From the IMG/VR virus record IMGVR_UViG_2711768001_000012: a stretch of DNA of 43,825 bases; one strand, written 5' to 3'. This document shows positions 27,737-38,247 of this stretch, piece after piece. The position numbers and the translations under genes are program-made. The DNA is from a virus (Duplodnaviria > Heunggongvirae > Uroviricota > Caudoviricetes). The first letter of the stretch is position 1; the number at the start of each line of letters is the position of its first letter. The notes below the pieces were generated by a model. The model saw nothing but the letters and a program-made list of their open reading frames with translations. It made no database searches and was not told the DNA's origin.

Positions 27737-28832
27737 ACGGCTGCGTGATGAATCAATTGCTCATGCAGTCTGGATATCCCGCTATAGCACTGGCGTGGCT
27801 GCCAGAATGGTGAAAATACTGAATGACAGCGATGCGGAACTTACTGCTCGCCTGCTGATAGCACTGGACAGCCTCGATCCAGGTAGTTTTACCGTTAAGC
27901 GCCTGGAGTCACTTCTGGCGAGCGTCAGAGAGGTTAACCGCACTGCTATTAACAGCATGTTTACCAGTCTCTCCGGAGAGCTGAACGAGCTGGCAATTTA
28001 TGAGGCTGGTTATCAGTTAAGTCTGTTTGATTCTATGCTACCTGATTTTGTTGCTGATGTTCACCCTCTGGTTGGTATCTCTCCTGATGCACTTTATGCC
28101 GCTGCAATGGCGCGACCATTCCAGGGACGACTGCTCAGTGAGTGGGCCTCAGATCTTGAGGCGGATCGGCTCAGACGCATAACAAATACAGTGCGTCAGG
28201 GTTTTTTGCTGGGGGATACCAATGAGCAGATCGCAAGAAAAATTCGGGGACATGTCAGTAAGGGATTTCAGGATGGTGCATTGCAGATGAGCCGGGCTAA
28301 TGCGGCCAGCATTGCAAAAACAGCGGTTGGACATCTTGCTGCTACTGCCCGTGAGAGTTTTGCCAGCGCGAATAATGATTTGATTAAGGGTAAGCAATGG
28401 TTATCAACGCTTGATAATCGTACTACGCCACAATGTCGAATCAGGGATCGCCTCAAATATACGCTGAATAATAAACCTGTAGGTCACAGCGTGCCTTATT
28501 TGCAGGGGCCGGGAAAAATTCATTTCTGCTGCCGCTCAACGGAAACGTTCATTCTGAAATCAGCGAAGGAACTGGGTATTGATGTTCGCGATATTTCCCC
28601 GGCTGAGCGGGCCAGCATGGATGGCGTGGTGGCCGGAGATACAACCTACAGGGAATGGTTTTTGCGTCAGCCTTACACCAGACAAAAACAGATTGTGGGG
28701 GAAAGCCGAGCAAAGCTGATTCGGGATGGTGGTATGTCGCCAGATGAATTTTACACCGATAAAGGCGAATGGCTGACGCTGAAGCAGCTCCGTGAGCGTG
28801 ATGCACAGGTATTCAGAAAAGCAGGGATTTAA
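27717..28832 (+). CDS. Head morphogenesis protein (Mu F/SPP1 gp7-like)
   Basis: 371-aa ORF after portal; family assignment from recollection of minor head protein sequences. Confidence 0.6.
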   Translation: MMQTVNERLRDESIAHAVWISRYSTGVAARMVKILNDSDAELTARLLIALDSLDPGSFTVKRLESLLASVREVNRTAINSMFTSLSGELNELAIYEAGYQLSLFDSMLPDFVADVHPLVGISPDALYAAAMARPFQGRLLSEWASDLEADRLRRITNTVRQGFLLGDTNEQIARKIRGHVSKGFQDGALQMSRANAASIAKTAVGHLAATARESFASANNDLIKGKQWLSTLDNRTTPQCRIRDRLKYTLNNKPVGHSVPYLQGPGKIHFCCRSTETFILKSAKELGIDVRDISPAERASMDGVVAGDTTYREWFLRQPYTRQKQIVGESRAKLIRDGGMSPDEFYTDKGEWLTLKQLRERDAQVFRKAGI

Positions 28833-28851
28833 ATAAATCATTTATTACAAC

Positions 28852-28877
28852 AGGCTACCTTCGGGTGGCCTTTTTTA
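28852..28877 (+). terminator. Terminator-like hairpin between head morphogenesis and scaffold genes
   Basis: AGGCTACC-TTCG-GGTGGCCT stem-loop (one G-U pair) followed by TTTTTT. Confidence 0.45.
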
Positions 28878-28936
28878 TTGCTGCGATCCGGATGGTGAGC
28901 AGCGTAACTGTCGGAAGACTTAAACCAGGTACTAAT

Positions 28937-29701
28937 ATGAAACTGAAAACGGTCGAGATTAACGGAAAACAATACGCAGAAATTGATACTGCTGGCCTGC
29001 CAGTTTATGTGCACGACGATGGTAAAGAAATTGGCTTCGATGCACCGCTGGCGACAAAAAAAATTACAGAGCTTAATGGCGAGGCAAAAAATCATCGCCT
29101 GGCTAAAGAAGCTGCAGAGGAAAAACTGGCTAAGTTTGCCGCTATCGAAGACCCGAAGAAGGCGATCGAGGCACTGGAAATGCTGTCAAAAATCGACCAG
29201 AAAAAGCTGCTCGATGCGGGACAGGTTGACCAGGTTAAGGCAGAAATTACGAAAAATTTTCAGCAGCAATTAGATGAAGAAAAGCAACGCTCTCAGATGC
29301 TGGAGAAGCAGCTTTACGATTCTATGATTGGCGGTAGTTTTGCGGGTTCAAAATATATTGCCGATAAAATTGCGATCCCGGCAGATTTATTACAAGCCCG
29401 CTTCGGGCAGGCATTCAAAGTGGAAGAAGGGAGGATCGTTGCTTATGACGCTTCCGGCAACAAAATTTATTCCCGCGCGAAGCCTGGCGAACTGGCGCAG
29501 TTTGATGAGGCGCTGGAGTTCCTTGTCGAAAATTACCCTCAGAAAGACTACATCCTGAAAGCCAGTGGCAACAATGGCGGCGGCTCCCGTCCGACACAGC
29601 ATGATATTGGTCAGAAAACGATGAAACGCTCTGCTTTTGATGCACTGGATGTTGCAGGTAAGCAAAACGCATTGAAAGACGGTATCACAATCGTTGATTA
29701 A
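28937..29701 (+). CDS. Putative scaffolding protein
   Basis: 254-aa product from ATG 28937, charged and helical (EKLAKFAAIEDPKKAIEALEMLSKIDQKKLLDAGQVDQVKAEI), directly upstream of the major capsid gene. Confidence 0.55.
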   Translation: MKLKTVEINGKQYAEIDTAGLPVYVHDDGKEIGFDAPLATKKITELNGEAKNHRLAKEAAEEKLAKFAAIEDPKKAIEALEMLSKIDQKKLLDAGQVDQVKAEITKNFQQQLDEEKQRSQMLEKQLYDSMIGGSFAGSKYIADKIAIPADLLQARFGQAFKVEEGRIVAYDASGNKIYSRAKPGELAQFDEALEFLVENYPQKDYILKASGNNGGGSRPTQHDIGQKTMKRSAFDALDVAGKQNALKDGITIVD

Positions 29702-29799
29702 CACATTTGTCAGCTTCCGGATGGGAGCTGGTGTCAGGGCTGGATAGCTCATTACTCCATCTATTCACAATTACGCAAATTTTTAAGGAATATTTAATT

Positions 29800-30939
29800 A
29801 TGGCTGGAAATACCCTGACCGGGTTGATCCCGACTATTTATACCGCCCTGGATGTTGTATCCCGTGAGCAGGTAGGTTTTATCCCTGCGGTAGCAAAAAA
29901 CGCAAAAGCTGACGCCGCAGCAAAAGATCAGACGGTAACCGCGCCAGTTGCGCCTGAGGCGAAAACCGAAGATATCGTACCGGGGCCGTCAGCTCCGAAT
30001 ACCGGTGATCAAAATATTGGCACTGTTGATGTAAAAATTACTAAATCCAAAATGGCACCGGTTAAATGGAATGGTGAAGAACAACTGGCTCTTGGCCCTT
30101 CAGGGACTTACAACACCATTCTGGCTGATCAGTTCAAGCAGGCTTTTCGCGCCCTTGCAAACGAGGTTGAGGCTGATCTTGGTGCGTTGTATTTCGGTGC
30201 TTCCCGCGCCGTGGGAACCGCAGGGACAACGCCGTTTGGTGTTAAAGATGATCTTTCTGATGCTGCTCTGGCTCGTCAGGTTCTGGAGGATAACGGCGCA
30301 CCGACAACCGATCTGCAGATGGTGCTTGGCTCCACTGCCATTGCTAATTTGCGCGGAAAACAGTCTGTATTGTTTAAAGTGAATGAATCCGGCACTGAAC
30401 AGCTACTGCGTGAGGGCGTGTTGGGGCGTCTGGAGGGATTCAATATTCACAGTTCGGCAGGTGTGAAACGAGCGCCAAAGGTTGCTGCAACTGGTTATCT
30501 CGTGAATGGAGAGAAAAAAGAAGGCGATGTTCTTATTTCCATTGATACTGGTTCGGGGAGTATTTCTGCAGGTCAGATTGTTACGTTCGCTGGTGATCCG
30601 AATCAGTATGTTGTGGCAGCAGCGACCAGCAATCTGATTACTCTTGCAGCGCCCGGACTGCGTCAGGATCTGGCCGATGATACTGCCATCACAGTTGTTG
30701 GGGCCTTTACTGCAAATATGGCGTTTGATCGCAACGCGTTTCTGCTGGCATCCCGTACTCCGGCAATGCCGGAAGGTGGCGATAATGCTGATGATGTAAT
30801 GAATGTTACGGACCCGATTTCAGGGATTACGTTCCAGATTGCACTGTATCGTCAGTATCGCCAGGTGCGCTATGAAGTTGGACTGGCATGGGGTGTTTCA
30901 TCAGTGAAGCCGGCACATGGTTGTCTGATTCTTGGTTAA
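29800..30939 (+). CDS. Major capsid protein
   Basis: 379-aa product from ATG 29800 with TAAGGAA Shine-Dalgarno; follows scaffold and is followed by a hairpin terminator. Confidence 0.7.
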   Translation: MAGNTLTGLIPTIYTALDVVSREQVGFIPAVAKNAKADAAAKDQTVTAPVAPEAKTEDIVPGPSAPNTGDQNIGTVDVKITKSKMAPVKWNGEEQLALGPSGTYNTILADQFKQAFRALANEVEADLGALYFGASRAVGTAGTTPFGVKDDLSDAALARQVLEDNGAPTTDLQMVLGSTAIANLRGKQSVLFKVNESGTEQLLREGVLGRLEGFNIHSSAGVKRAPKVAATGYLVNGEKKEGDVLISIDTGSGSISAGQIVTFAGDPNQYVVAAATSNLITLAAPGLRQDLADDTAITVVGAFTANMAFDRNAFLLASRTPAMPEGGDNADDVMNVTDPISGITFQIALYRQYRQVRYEVGLAWGVSSVKPAHGCLILG

Positions 30940-30949
30940 ACATTCAAAC

Positions 30950-30970
30950 GGGGCTTCGGCCCCATTTTTA
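30950..30970 (+). terminator. Hairpin terminator after major capsid gene
   Basis: GGGGC-TTCG-GCCCC followed by ATTTTTA. Confidence 0.5.
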
Positions 30971-30981
30971 ATGGGGGGCAT

Positions 30982-31158
30982 ATGGCCGGATTAACTAAAG
31001 AGCAAAGAGCACAGCGTGAAGCCGCACAAAAAACGCAAATTGAGTTAGTGGTTATGGTGACCGATTATCAGATGTTTCCCGGCGCACCAACTATCGCTAA
31101 TGTTCATCCTGATGAAGTTGACAACTGGAAGGCTATGGGCTGGAAAACTCAGGAGTAA
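30982..31158 (+). CDS. Small hypothetical protein (58 aa)
   Basis: Hand-translated MAGLTKEQRAQREAAQKTQIELVVMVTDYQMFPGAPTIANVHPDEVDNWKAMGWKTQE; fills the gap between capsid and the next gene; not in track. Confidence 0.35.
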   Translation: MAGLTKEQRAQREAAQKTQIELVVMVTDYQMFPGAPTIANVHPDEVDNWKAMGWKTQE

Positions 31159-31161
31159 CAC

Positions 31162-31557
31162 ATGATCACTTACGTGACCTGTGATGACGTTGATAATGCG
31201 TTTGGGAACGCCTGGACGAGTGAGAACGCTAAAAATAAAGCTGTTTTAATGGCTAATGCCTGGCTTAATGGCTTCAACCTGAAAATTAACCCATCCCGTA
31301 TTCCGGAAGAGGTAAAACTTGCGGGAGCATATGCAGCCAGAATTGCCTCATTCGGTAAGTTGTTTCAGCAGAAAAATGATTCTGGCGTTGTTATCAGTAA
31401 AGCCGTGTCGGCTGACGGGGTCAGTGTATCGAAATCATTTTCTGAGTTGCCAGCAAACAGCACTGCATTGCTTGAACCCGATTTACAGCTTGCGATAGCA
31501 CTGCTGAAACCGTACGGACTTAGTCGCTCACAAGTCAGGGTTGTGAGGGGGGGATAA
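31162..31557 (+). CDS. Head-tail connector/adaptor protein (putative)
   Basis: 131-aa ORF with AGGAG Shine-Dalgarno, first of four tightly packed small genes between capsid and major tail. Confidence 0.45.
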   Translation: MITYVTCDDVDNAFGNAWTSENAKNKAVLMANAWLNGFNLKINPSRIPEEVKLAGAYAARIASFGKLFQQKNDSGVVISKAVSADGVSVSKSFSELPANSTALLEPDLQLAIALLKPYGLSRSQVRVVRGG

Positions 31558-31940
31558 TGGGGCTTCGTGAAGAGATTCAGTCAGAGGTTGCCGCTGCTTT
31601 TGATGAGGATTTAGCGGACGCCGTGAGTGATTTTTCTGGTTCTTACGTTACGCACCGGCACTGGGATCCTGTGACGGAAACTGGCGGCGAATCAACCGCA
31701 ATCTATACCGGGCGAGGCGTGTTGACACGTTATAAGCTGGGCAGAATTGATGGGATTAATATTTTGCATGGTGACCTTAAATTAACCGCTCTGGTATGCG
31801 AGGTTACGGATAAACCAGCTGTCGACCATATTATTGAGATTTATGATCCTGTATCAAGGCAGTTACAACGATACGAGGTAATTACAGCAAGTGTAGATCC
31901 TTCCGCATCAGTTTACTCTATCCAGTTAAGGAGAGCGTAA
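31557..31940 (+). CDS. Head-tail joining protein (putative)
   Basis: 127-aa ORF, start overlaps the upstream stop. Confidence 0.4.
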   Translation: MGLREEIQSEVAAAFDEDLADAVSDFSGSYVTHRHWDPVTETGGESTAIYTGRGVLTRYKLGRIDGINILHGDLKLTALVCEVTDKPAVDHIIEIYDPVSRQLQRYEVITASVDPSASVYSIQLRRA

Positions 31941-32321
31941 ATGGCAAAGGCATGGGATATAGAACCGTCAATATTTGCCGGGATGATTGAGGAAGATGTA
32001 GGGCTGAAGATTCGCTACATCGCTATGCAGATTCTTACTGCTATTGATATTGCTGCTCCGGTTGATACCGGACGTTTCAGAAATAACAACCTGGTGTCGT
32101 TACAGCATCCCGATTTTGGTATATCTGATAACGTGGATCCGAACGGTACGATTGCTGTTCAGCGTGGGATCGGGGTTATTTCGAAAGCTGCAAATTACGG
32201 GGTTATTTATATCCAGAATAACCTTCCTTATGCAGAGGCTCTTGAAAACGGTCATTCACAACAAGCGCCAACTGGCGTGTATGCCAACGCTTTTCATGGT
32301 GTTTTACAGGCTTACAAATGA
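31941..32321 (+). CDS. Tail component protein (putative)
   Basis: 126-aa ORF immediately after the previous stop. Confidence 0.4.
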   Translation: MAKAWDIEPSIFAGMIEEDVGLKIRYIAMQILTAIDIAAPVDTGRFRNNNLVSLQHPDFGISDNVDPNGTIAVQRGIGVISKAANYGVIYIQNNLPYAEALENGHSQQAPTGVYANAFHGVLQAYK

Positions 32322-32710
32322 AGTTTACTGAAATCAGAAATACGGTTATTTCCAGAATGACGGCACAGACGATTATTGATGGAAAAGACGTATTGTATCC
32401 GAACGGGCCAACGTTCGATCCTTCCGGTAAGTTAATCTGGGCGCGGTTAAGTAATATTCCCGGGCAGGCTGGAGTTAATGAAATTGGCGCGGGGCCGGTT
32501 GTTTATCGCACGGGGATAATCATTATTCAGTTATTTGTCCCCGCAGGTTCTGGTTCAAAACTCATTACTGAGACAGCCGATAAATTGCGGGAACTGTTTG
32601 AGTTTCAGGATGACGATCGTCTCAGTTACCAGGCTGTTTCCTCAATAGCCGTTGGCGAAAAGAATGGCTGGTTCCAGCTTAATCTTCAAATTCCATATCG
32701 CGCGCTCTAG
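32318..32710 (+). CDS. Tail completion protein (putative)
   Basis: 130-aa ORF overlapping the upstream stop (ATGA). Confidence 0.4.
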   Translation: MKFTEIRNTVISRMTAQTIIDGKDVLYPNGPTFDPSGKLIWARLSNIPGQAGVNEIGAGPVVYRTGIIIIQLFVPAGSGSKLITETADKLRELFEFQDDDRLSYQAVSSIAVGEKNGWFQLNLQIPYRAL

Positions 32711-32736
32711 CGCAATTAATGACATAGGAGGCTCCT

Positions 32737-33699
32737 GTGAGTTCAGGTGCAAAGGTTATCTCGGCATTTATCCGGGAGACGGTTGCAGGCACTACGCCAG
32801 CAAGTGGTGACTGGAGTTTATTAAAACGCACAAGCTGGGGAGTAAAACCCACCCAGAATAAAGGCGAAAATAATGAGATTGGTGGCTCCCGGATGGCTCA
32901 GGGGGCGACGCCTGGCACTGTGGATGTCGGCGGTGATGTTGGTACCAAATTTCGCTGGGGTCAACATGATGATTTTCTTGCATCCTGTTTCGGCGCGGAA
33001 TGGTCAGGCGATTCTCTGACAATGGGGAATGAGCGAATAACATTTTCTCTGGCGACCTATGCGTCCGATGTCGGAATTGCCTCTGTCGTCAGAGGAGCGC
33101 AGGTTGGCTCATGGAAAATGCAGATCCCTAACGACGGCGATATTACAGCGACCGTAACCTTTGCCGGACTGGACTGGGAATCAAAGGCCGATGATACGAA
33201 TTTTATCAAAGGCGAACCTGTGGATAGTGCAGGAAAGCTACGTTATTCGTTTAAGGAGGTTTCAGCAGTAAGCCTGAATGGTGTTGCCGGAGGTAACGGT
33301 TTTTGTATCGACAGTTTTGATATTCAGTTCGATAACAAACTCCAGACACAGCGTTGTATCGGGACTGGCTCGCCTTATGCAGGAGCAAATATTCCGACTA
33401 CTTTTACACCGTCCGGTACGGTGACGCTTTCATGGTCTAAAGCCGCGTGGGAAATCTGGAGTAAAACACTGACTGGAGAAACAGTTCCGTTCAGCTTCAC
33501 GCTTTCGAATGGAGAGGGGGCATACACTTTCAGTTTCCCGAAGGTTCAGGTGTCAGGTGAATGGCCTGATGGGGGTAATAGCGACATTATCCAGGTTCAA
33601 TTGAGCATTACCGCAGCAGATGAAGCACCTACGATAACCAGAAAAAAAAATTCCCCGGCTGCCGTGATCGCAAAAGCCAGTGCTGAGGCGATTAGTTGA
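32737..33699 (+). CDS. Major tail (tube) protein
   Basis: 320-aa ORF immediately upstream of the G/GT chaperone pair and tape measure; Thr/Gly/Ser-rich. Confidence 0.6.
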   Translation: MSSGAKVISAFIRETVAGTTPASGDWSLLKRTSWGVKPTQNKGENNEIGGSRMAQGATPGTVDVGGDVGTKFRWGQHDDFLASCFGAEWSGDSLTMGNERITFSLATYASDVGIASVVRGAQVGSWKMQIPNDGDITATVTFAGLDWESKADDTNFIKGEPVDSAGKLRYSFKEVSAVSLNGVAGGNGFCIDSFDIQFDNKLQTQRCIGTGSPYAGANIPTTFTPSGTVTLSWSKAAWEIWSKTLTGETVPFSFTLSNGEGAYTFSFPKVQVSGEWPDGGNSDIIQVQLSITAADEAPTITRKKNSPAAVIAKASAEAIS

Positions 33700-33747
33700 T
33701 TTTCCGTTATTCCTCCTGTGGTACTGCCCTACAGGGGGACGCATTGA

Positions 33748-34209
33748 ATGAGGTTATGGATGTTTATTCTTAATCAGAAAATTATCATTGGTGGAGAACG
33801 CTGGTTTACGCCAATGAAGGACTTAAAACCTGTAGACGGGTTAAAACTGTTGGTGGCAAGCAGCGATAACGATCAGTATCGCTCCCGTAATGCATTAATC
33901 CGTCGCCACATTGAGAAAATGGATGCCAGTTTGCACGTCGGAACGAAGGAGTTTGATATTTCAAAGGTTTCCGAGGTGGATTCTGTTGATGATTTACTCA
34001 TTGATAATGCCGCTCGTTATCTGCTGAAAGACTGGAAAGGGGTTGGTGAACTGGTTAATGGTGTTGAGGTTGCACTGGAATATACGGCAGAACGAGGGAT
34101 CGCGCTGCTTAAGCAGAATCCAGAGTTGTACTGGCAGATCCTTGCAGAAGCAGCCAGCATCGCCCAGGGTAAAGAGCAGCAGAAGCAGGATACGATAAAA
34201 AAGCCATAG
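33748..34209 (+). CDS. Tail assembly chaperone (lambda gpG-like)
   Basis: 153-aa ORF ending just after an A_AAA_AAG slippery heptamer; sits between major tail and tape measure. Confidence 0.65.
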   Translation: MRLWMFILNQKIIIGGERWFTPMKDLKPVDGLKLLVASSDNDQYRSRNALIRRHIEKMDASLHVGTKEFDISKVSEVDSVDDLLIDNAARYLLKDWKGVGELVNGVEVALEYTAERGIALLKQNPELYWQILAEAASIAQGKEQQKQDTIKKP

Positions 34210-34517
34210 CTGCCCAGCGGTGGTTATCGGAGTTCGGGGGAGAAAGGGGGGAAAAGGCAAGATGGAAGCGAGAAAAACTCAGGTTGCCACCGATACCGGA
34301 ACCAGAAATAGACCCGGTGCTTAAGGAGTTGTTGTACGCCTATTCGGTAATATCCCGTGCCCGACGTTATGCTGGAATGGCTGGGGTGCCTTTGCCTTTA
34401 TCTCTGACAGAGATAAATGAATATTTAGCCACTCATCCGGTATTGATTGAGCGCGATGAATTTGAAGCAGTGATCTTTGCACTGGATGACCAGTATTTTC
34501 AGGAGCAGTGTGTGTAG
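34197..34517 (+). CDS. -1 frameshift extension of tail assembly chaperone (gpGT-like product)
   Basis: The -1 frame is open from the slippery heptamer (34197-34203) to the stop at 34515-34517. Confidence 0.55.
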   Translation, partial: KKAIAAQRWLSEFGGERGEKARWKREKLRLPPIPEPEIDPVLKELLYAYSVISRARRYAGMAGVPLPLSLTEINEYLATHPVLIERDEFEAVIFALDDQYFQEQCV

Positions 34518-34637
34518 TTGTTAATTACGTACACTCTGTTACAGAGATGTGATGGTGTCTTTAATTAAATCGATGATGCTCCTGGAGAAAAGCATTGCGT
34601 GGCCTCGTAATCGCTATATCTACTATTATGTCGCCTG

Positions 34638-34662
34638 AAACCCACTTCGCGGTGGGTTTTTT
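34638..34662 (+). terminator. Hairpin plus T-run between chaperone and tape measure genes
   Basis: AAACCCAC-TTCGCG-GTGGGTTT followed by TTTTG, about 20 bp upstream of the tape measure start. Confidence 0.35.
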
Positions 34663-34682
34663 GTTGTCAGGAGTTTTAATAA

Positions 34683-37600
34683 ATGGCAGAGCAAACCTCG
34701 CGTCTCGCAATAATTATTGATAGCACTGGAGCGAAAAATAATGCTGACAATCTGACCTCCTCATTAGTCAAAATGACGCAGGCTGGGGAAACTGCTGCAA
34801 ATAGCGCAGGGAAAGTGACTAAGGCAACAGAAGATGAGAAGAACGCGCTCGCAAAATTAAAAGCAGCTATTGATCCAGTTGGTGCCGCAATTGATACTGT
34901 CGGTCGACGCTATTCTGAATTAAAGAAATTTTTCGATAAAGGGCTTATTGATAAAGAAGAATATGAATTTCTTGTCCGTAAACTTAATGAAACCACAGAG
35001 GAATTGAGCGGGGTTGCGCAAGCGCAGAGAGAAGCCGAGAAGGCCGGAAAACTTGCTGCCGCCCAGCAGGAAGCGCAGGCTCAGGCCTTTCAAAGAATGC
35101 TGGACAAGATCGACCCTCTGGCTGCGGCGCTAAGAAATCTTGAACAACAGCATGATGAACTTAATGCTGCGTTTGCATCCGGGAAAATAAATGGTTCTCA
35201 GTTTGAGAATTATAGCCGAAAAATACAGGAAACACGGCGAGAGCTTACCGGAGAGGCTCAGGCAGAGCGAGAAGCAGCAAAAGCGCATGATGAACAGGTT
35301 GTTGCTTTGCAACGTCTGATTGCTCAACTTGATCCTGTCGGAACTGCTTTTAATCGTCTGGTAGAACAACAGAAACAGCTCAATGAAGCAAAAGCTAAGG
35401 GGATGCTTTCTCCTGAAATGTATGAGGAGCTTTCTGGAAAACTTCGTGCTATGCGGAGTGAGCTTGAGGTTACTCAATCACAATTAAGCAAAACCGGAAT
35501 GTCGGCAAAACAAACGGCTTTTGCTATGCGCATGTTGCCTGTACAAATGACGGATATTGTTGTTGGGTTGTCCACTGGTCAGTCGCCATTTATGGTGTTA
35601 ATGCAGCAGGGCGGCCAGCTAAAAGATATGTTCGGTGGGATTGGCCCGGCGATCAAAGGTGTAGGTTCTTATGTGCTGGGATTAATTAATCCTTTTACCC
35701 TGGCCGCAGCAGCCGTTGGGGTCTTAGGACTGGCTTACTATAAAGGCTCTCAGGAGCAGGACGAATTTAATAAATCTCTTATTCTTACCGGAAATCAGTT
35801 GGGGACAACCAGCGGGCAATTGGGCGATATAGCTCAACGTGCCGGGAATGCGGCTGATTCGACAACTGGTGCTGCGGCGGCAGTATTAAATCAGCTTGTG
35901 CGTTCGGGAAAGGTAGCGAGCAGTTCGCTGGAGCAAGTGACGACAGCGATAGTAAAAACGAGCGAAGTAACAGGAATATCAACCGAACAACTGGTTAATG
36001 ACTTCAATGAAATTGCAAAGGATCCTGTCAGTGCCATATCAAAACTTAATGATCAGTACCATTTTCTGACACTTGCGACTTATAACCAGATTAAGGCGCT
36101 ACAGGATGAAGGGAACCAGCAGGAGGCCGCCCGCATTGCGACAGAAGAATACTCATCCTCAATGATCCAGCGCACCAACCAGATTAAAGAAAATCTTGGT
36201 TATCTTGAGACTGCATGGAAAGCTGTCGCAGACTCCGCAAAATGGGCATGGGATTCCATGCTGGATATTGGCCGTGAGGCCTCCCTTGATCAAAAAATCT
36301 CAGATGTTCTCCGTCAAATTGATGAAATAGAAAAAAATACCCGACCCGGAGTTTTCGGGTTAGGTGGCATTGGAGATGGCGGAGCTCAAAATAAAAGGCT
36401 GGCACGATTAAAGCAGCAATTGGGCGTACTTCAAGCAGAAAAAATTGCTCAGGACGTACTAAATTCATCAATAAACGATTACAACAAGCGACAACAGGAA
36501 GGAATTGAACTCAGACAGAGAGCAGATGCCTTTTCAAAACAATATCAGACCCGGGAGCAGCAGAGAGCTAGTGAACTTGCAAAACTGGAAAAGCTAAAGA
36601 ATCAGTATTCAAAGGAAGAATATAATAATCTTATCGCTCAAATAAATGAGCGTTATAAAGATCCAAAGCAACCAAAGGCGAAAGGTTATTCTGATGATGC
36701 AGCCCAACGAATGATTGATCATCTGAATCAACAGAATGCGTTACTAAGTTCACAAGCTGAGTTGACCGTTAAATTAAGTTCCTCTGAACAGGAACTGGTT
36801 AAGTGGCGTCAGCGGATTGCCGACCTAGAGTCACGACCATCATCGAAATTAACCCAGGATCAGAAATCGCTTCTCTTACACCGGGAAGAAATAACCACGT
36901 TGATGGAGAAAAATGTTGCGATTGAAAAAAATAACAGGCTAATCAAGGAATCCGCCGAAATAACAGCATGGCGTGATTCATTGCAGGCTTCGATTGATAA
37001 TCGTCAGCAGGGGTATGATATTCAGATTGCTGGTTATGGGGTTGGCGATAAAAATCAGCAACGCCAGCAGGAATTACTGCGGATTGAACATGGATATAAC
37101 AATCAGCGTCTGCAACTTGAACGTGACTATGCAGATAAATCCCGTGGAATGTCAGATCATGTTTTTCAAGAGAAAATGCAGGCTCTGAATGATGCTCTGG
37201 AACGGGAAAAAGAAATTGTCAGACAGAAAAACGAGCAGCTCGATATTCAGGCAGGAGACTGGGTTAGTGGTGCCTCCCAGGGATTCAATAACTGGCTGGA
37301 TGACACTAAGGATATCAGTGAGCAGATAAAATCAACCACGACTCAGATGTTTGATGGGATGACCGATGCGCTGGGTGATTTTGTCACGACAGGCAAGGCA
37401 AATTTTCGTTCTTTCGCTACTTCCGTGATTTCGGATCTTAGTCGAATAGCATTAAAGGCTTCAATTACTGGGATTTTCGACAGCATTAGTAACAGTTCTT
37501 CTGGGGGGATTTTAGGAACTATCGGGAGTGCTATTAGTAAATTTATTCCGAATGCAAAGGGCGGTGTTTATGAGTCTCCGTCATTGAGCACGTATTCGAA

Positions 37601-37916
37601 CGGTATTTATGATTCCCCGCAATTTTTTGCTTTTGCAAAAGGGGCTGGTGTTTTTGGTGAGGCTGGACCGGAAGCCATTATGCCATTAACACGAACTTCC
37701 GATGGTTCTCTTGGTGTCAGAGCTATTAATAGTAAAAGTGGTAATGGAGGCGGAGATATTACCTATGCCCCTGTATACCAAATCACTATTCAAAATGACG
37801 GCCAGAATGGAGAGATTGGCCCTCAGGCAATAAAAGCACTTATGGGGATGGTTGATCAGCGGGTGCAGGGCAATCTGTTAAATATGCGACGTGATGGGGG
37901 AATGTTAAGTGGCTAA
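34683..37916 (+). CDS. Tail tape measure protein
   Basis: 1077-aa ORF with AGGAG Shine-Dalgarno; coiled-coil-rich N-terminal half; directly upstream of gpM/gpL homologs. Confidence 0.85.
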   Translation: MAEQTSRLAIIIDSTGAKNNADNLTSSLVKMTQAGETAANSAGKVTKATEDEKNALAKLKAAIDPVGAAIDTVGRRYSELKKFFDKGLIDKEEYEFLVRKLNETTEELSGVAQAQREAEKAGKLAAAQQEAQAQAFQRMLDKIDPLAAALRNLEQQHDELNAAFASGKINGSQFENYSRKIQETRRELTGEAQAEREAAKAHDEQVVALQRLIAQLDPVGTAFNRLVEQQKQLNEAKAKGMLSPEMYEELSGKLRAMRSELEVTQSQLSKTGMSAKQTAFAMRMLPVQMTDIVVGLSTGQSPFMVLMQQGGQLKDMFGGIGPAIKGVGSYVLGLINPFTLAAAAVGVLGLAYYKGSQEQDEFNKSLILTGNQLGTTSGQLGDIAQRAGNAADSTTGAAAAVLNQLVRSGKVASSSLEQVTTAIVKTSEVTGISTEQLVNDFNEIAKDPVSAISKLNDQYHFLTLATYNQIKALQDEGNQQEAARIATEEYSSSMIQRTNQIKENLGYLETAWKAVADSAKWAWDSMLDIGREASLDQKISDVLRQIDEIEKNTRPGVFGLGGIGDGGAQNKRLARLKQQLGVLQAEKIAQDVLNSSINDYNKRQQEGIELRQRADAFSKQYQTREQQRASELAKLEKLKNQYSKEEYNNLIAQINERYKDPKQPKAKGYSDDAAQRMIDHLNQQNALLSSQAELTVKLSSSEQELVKWRQRIADLESRPSSKLTQDQKSLLLHREEITTLMEKNVAIEKNNRLIKESAEITAWRDSLQASIDNRQQGYDIQIAGYGVGDKNQQRQQELLRIEHGYNNQRLQLERDYADKSRGMSDHVFQEKMQALNDALEREKEIVRQKNEQLDIQAGDWVSGASQGFNNWLDDTKDISEQIKSTTTQMFDGMTDALGDFVTTGKANFRSFATSVISDLSRIALKASITGIFDSISNSSSGGILGTIGSAISKFIPNAKGGVYESPSLSTYSNGIYDSPQFFAFAKGAGVFGEAGPEAIMPLTRTSDGSLGVRAINSKSGNGGGDITYAPVYQITIQNDGQNGEIGPQAIKALMGMVDQRVQGNLLNMRRDGGMLSG

Positions 37917-37950
37917 TACGGAAGAATTTCACTGGTTACCAGAGGATGGA

Positions 37951-38247
37951 ATGAAAACAGAAAATAAACCATCGATAAAAACTGTAAGATTTGGTGATGG
38001 TTATGAGCAACGAAGTCCAAATGGACTTAATCATTCTCTGCGCGTTTTCACCTGTGATTTCAAAGTTGAGGCGAATGAACGTGATTCATTTGAAAAATTT
38101 TTAGCCCGGCATGAAGGCTATAAATCTTTTTTTTGGCGCCCGCCGGGTATTAACAGAAAAATCAGAGTGGTGTGTCGAACGTGGTCAGCGACAGAACATA
38201 TCACCTATACCGATTTTTCGTGTCAGTTTGACGAAGTGGTGATCTGA
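37951..38247 (+). CDS. Minor tail protein M (lambda gpM-like)
   Basis: From ATG 37951 with GAGGA Shine-Dalgarno: MKTENKPSIKTVRFGDGYEQRSPNGLN... closely matches lambda M as recalled. Confidence 0.8.
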   Translation: MKTENKPSIKTVRFGDGYEQRSPNGLNHSLRVFTCDFKVEANERDSFEKFLARHEGYKSFFWRPPGINRKIRVVCRTWSATEHITYTDFSCQFDEVVI

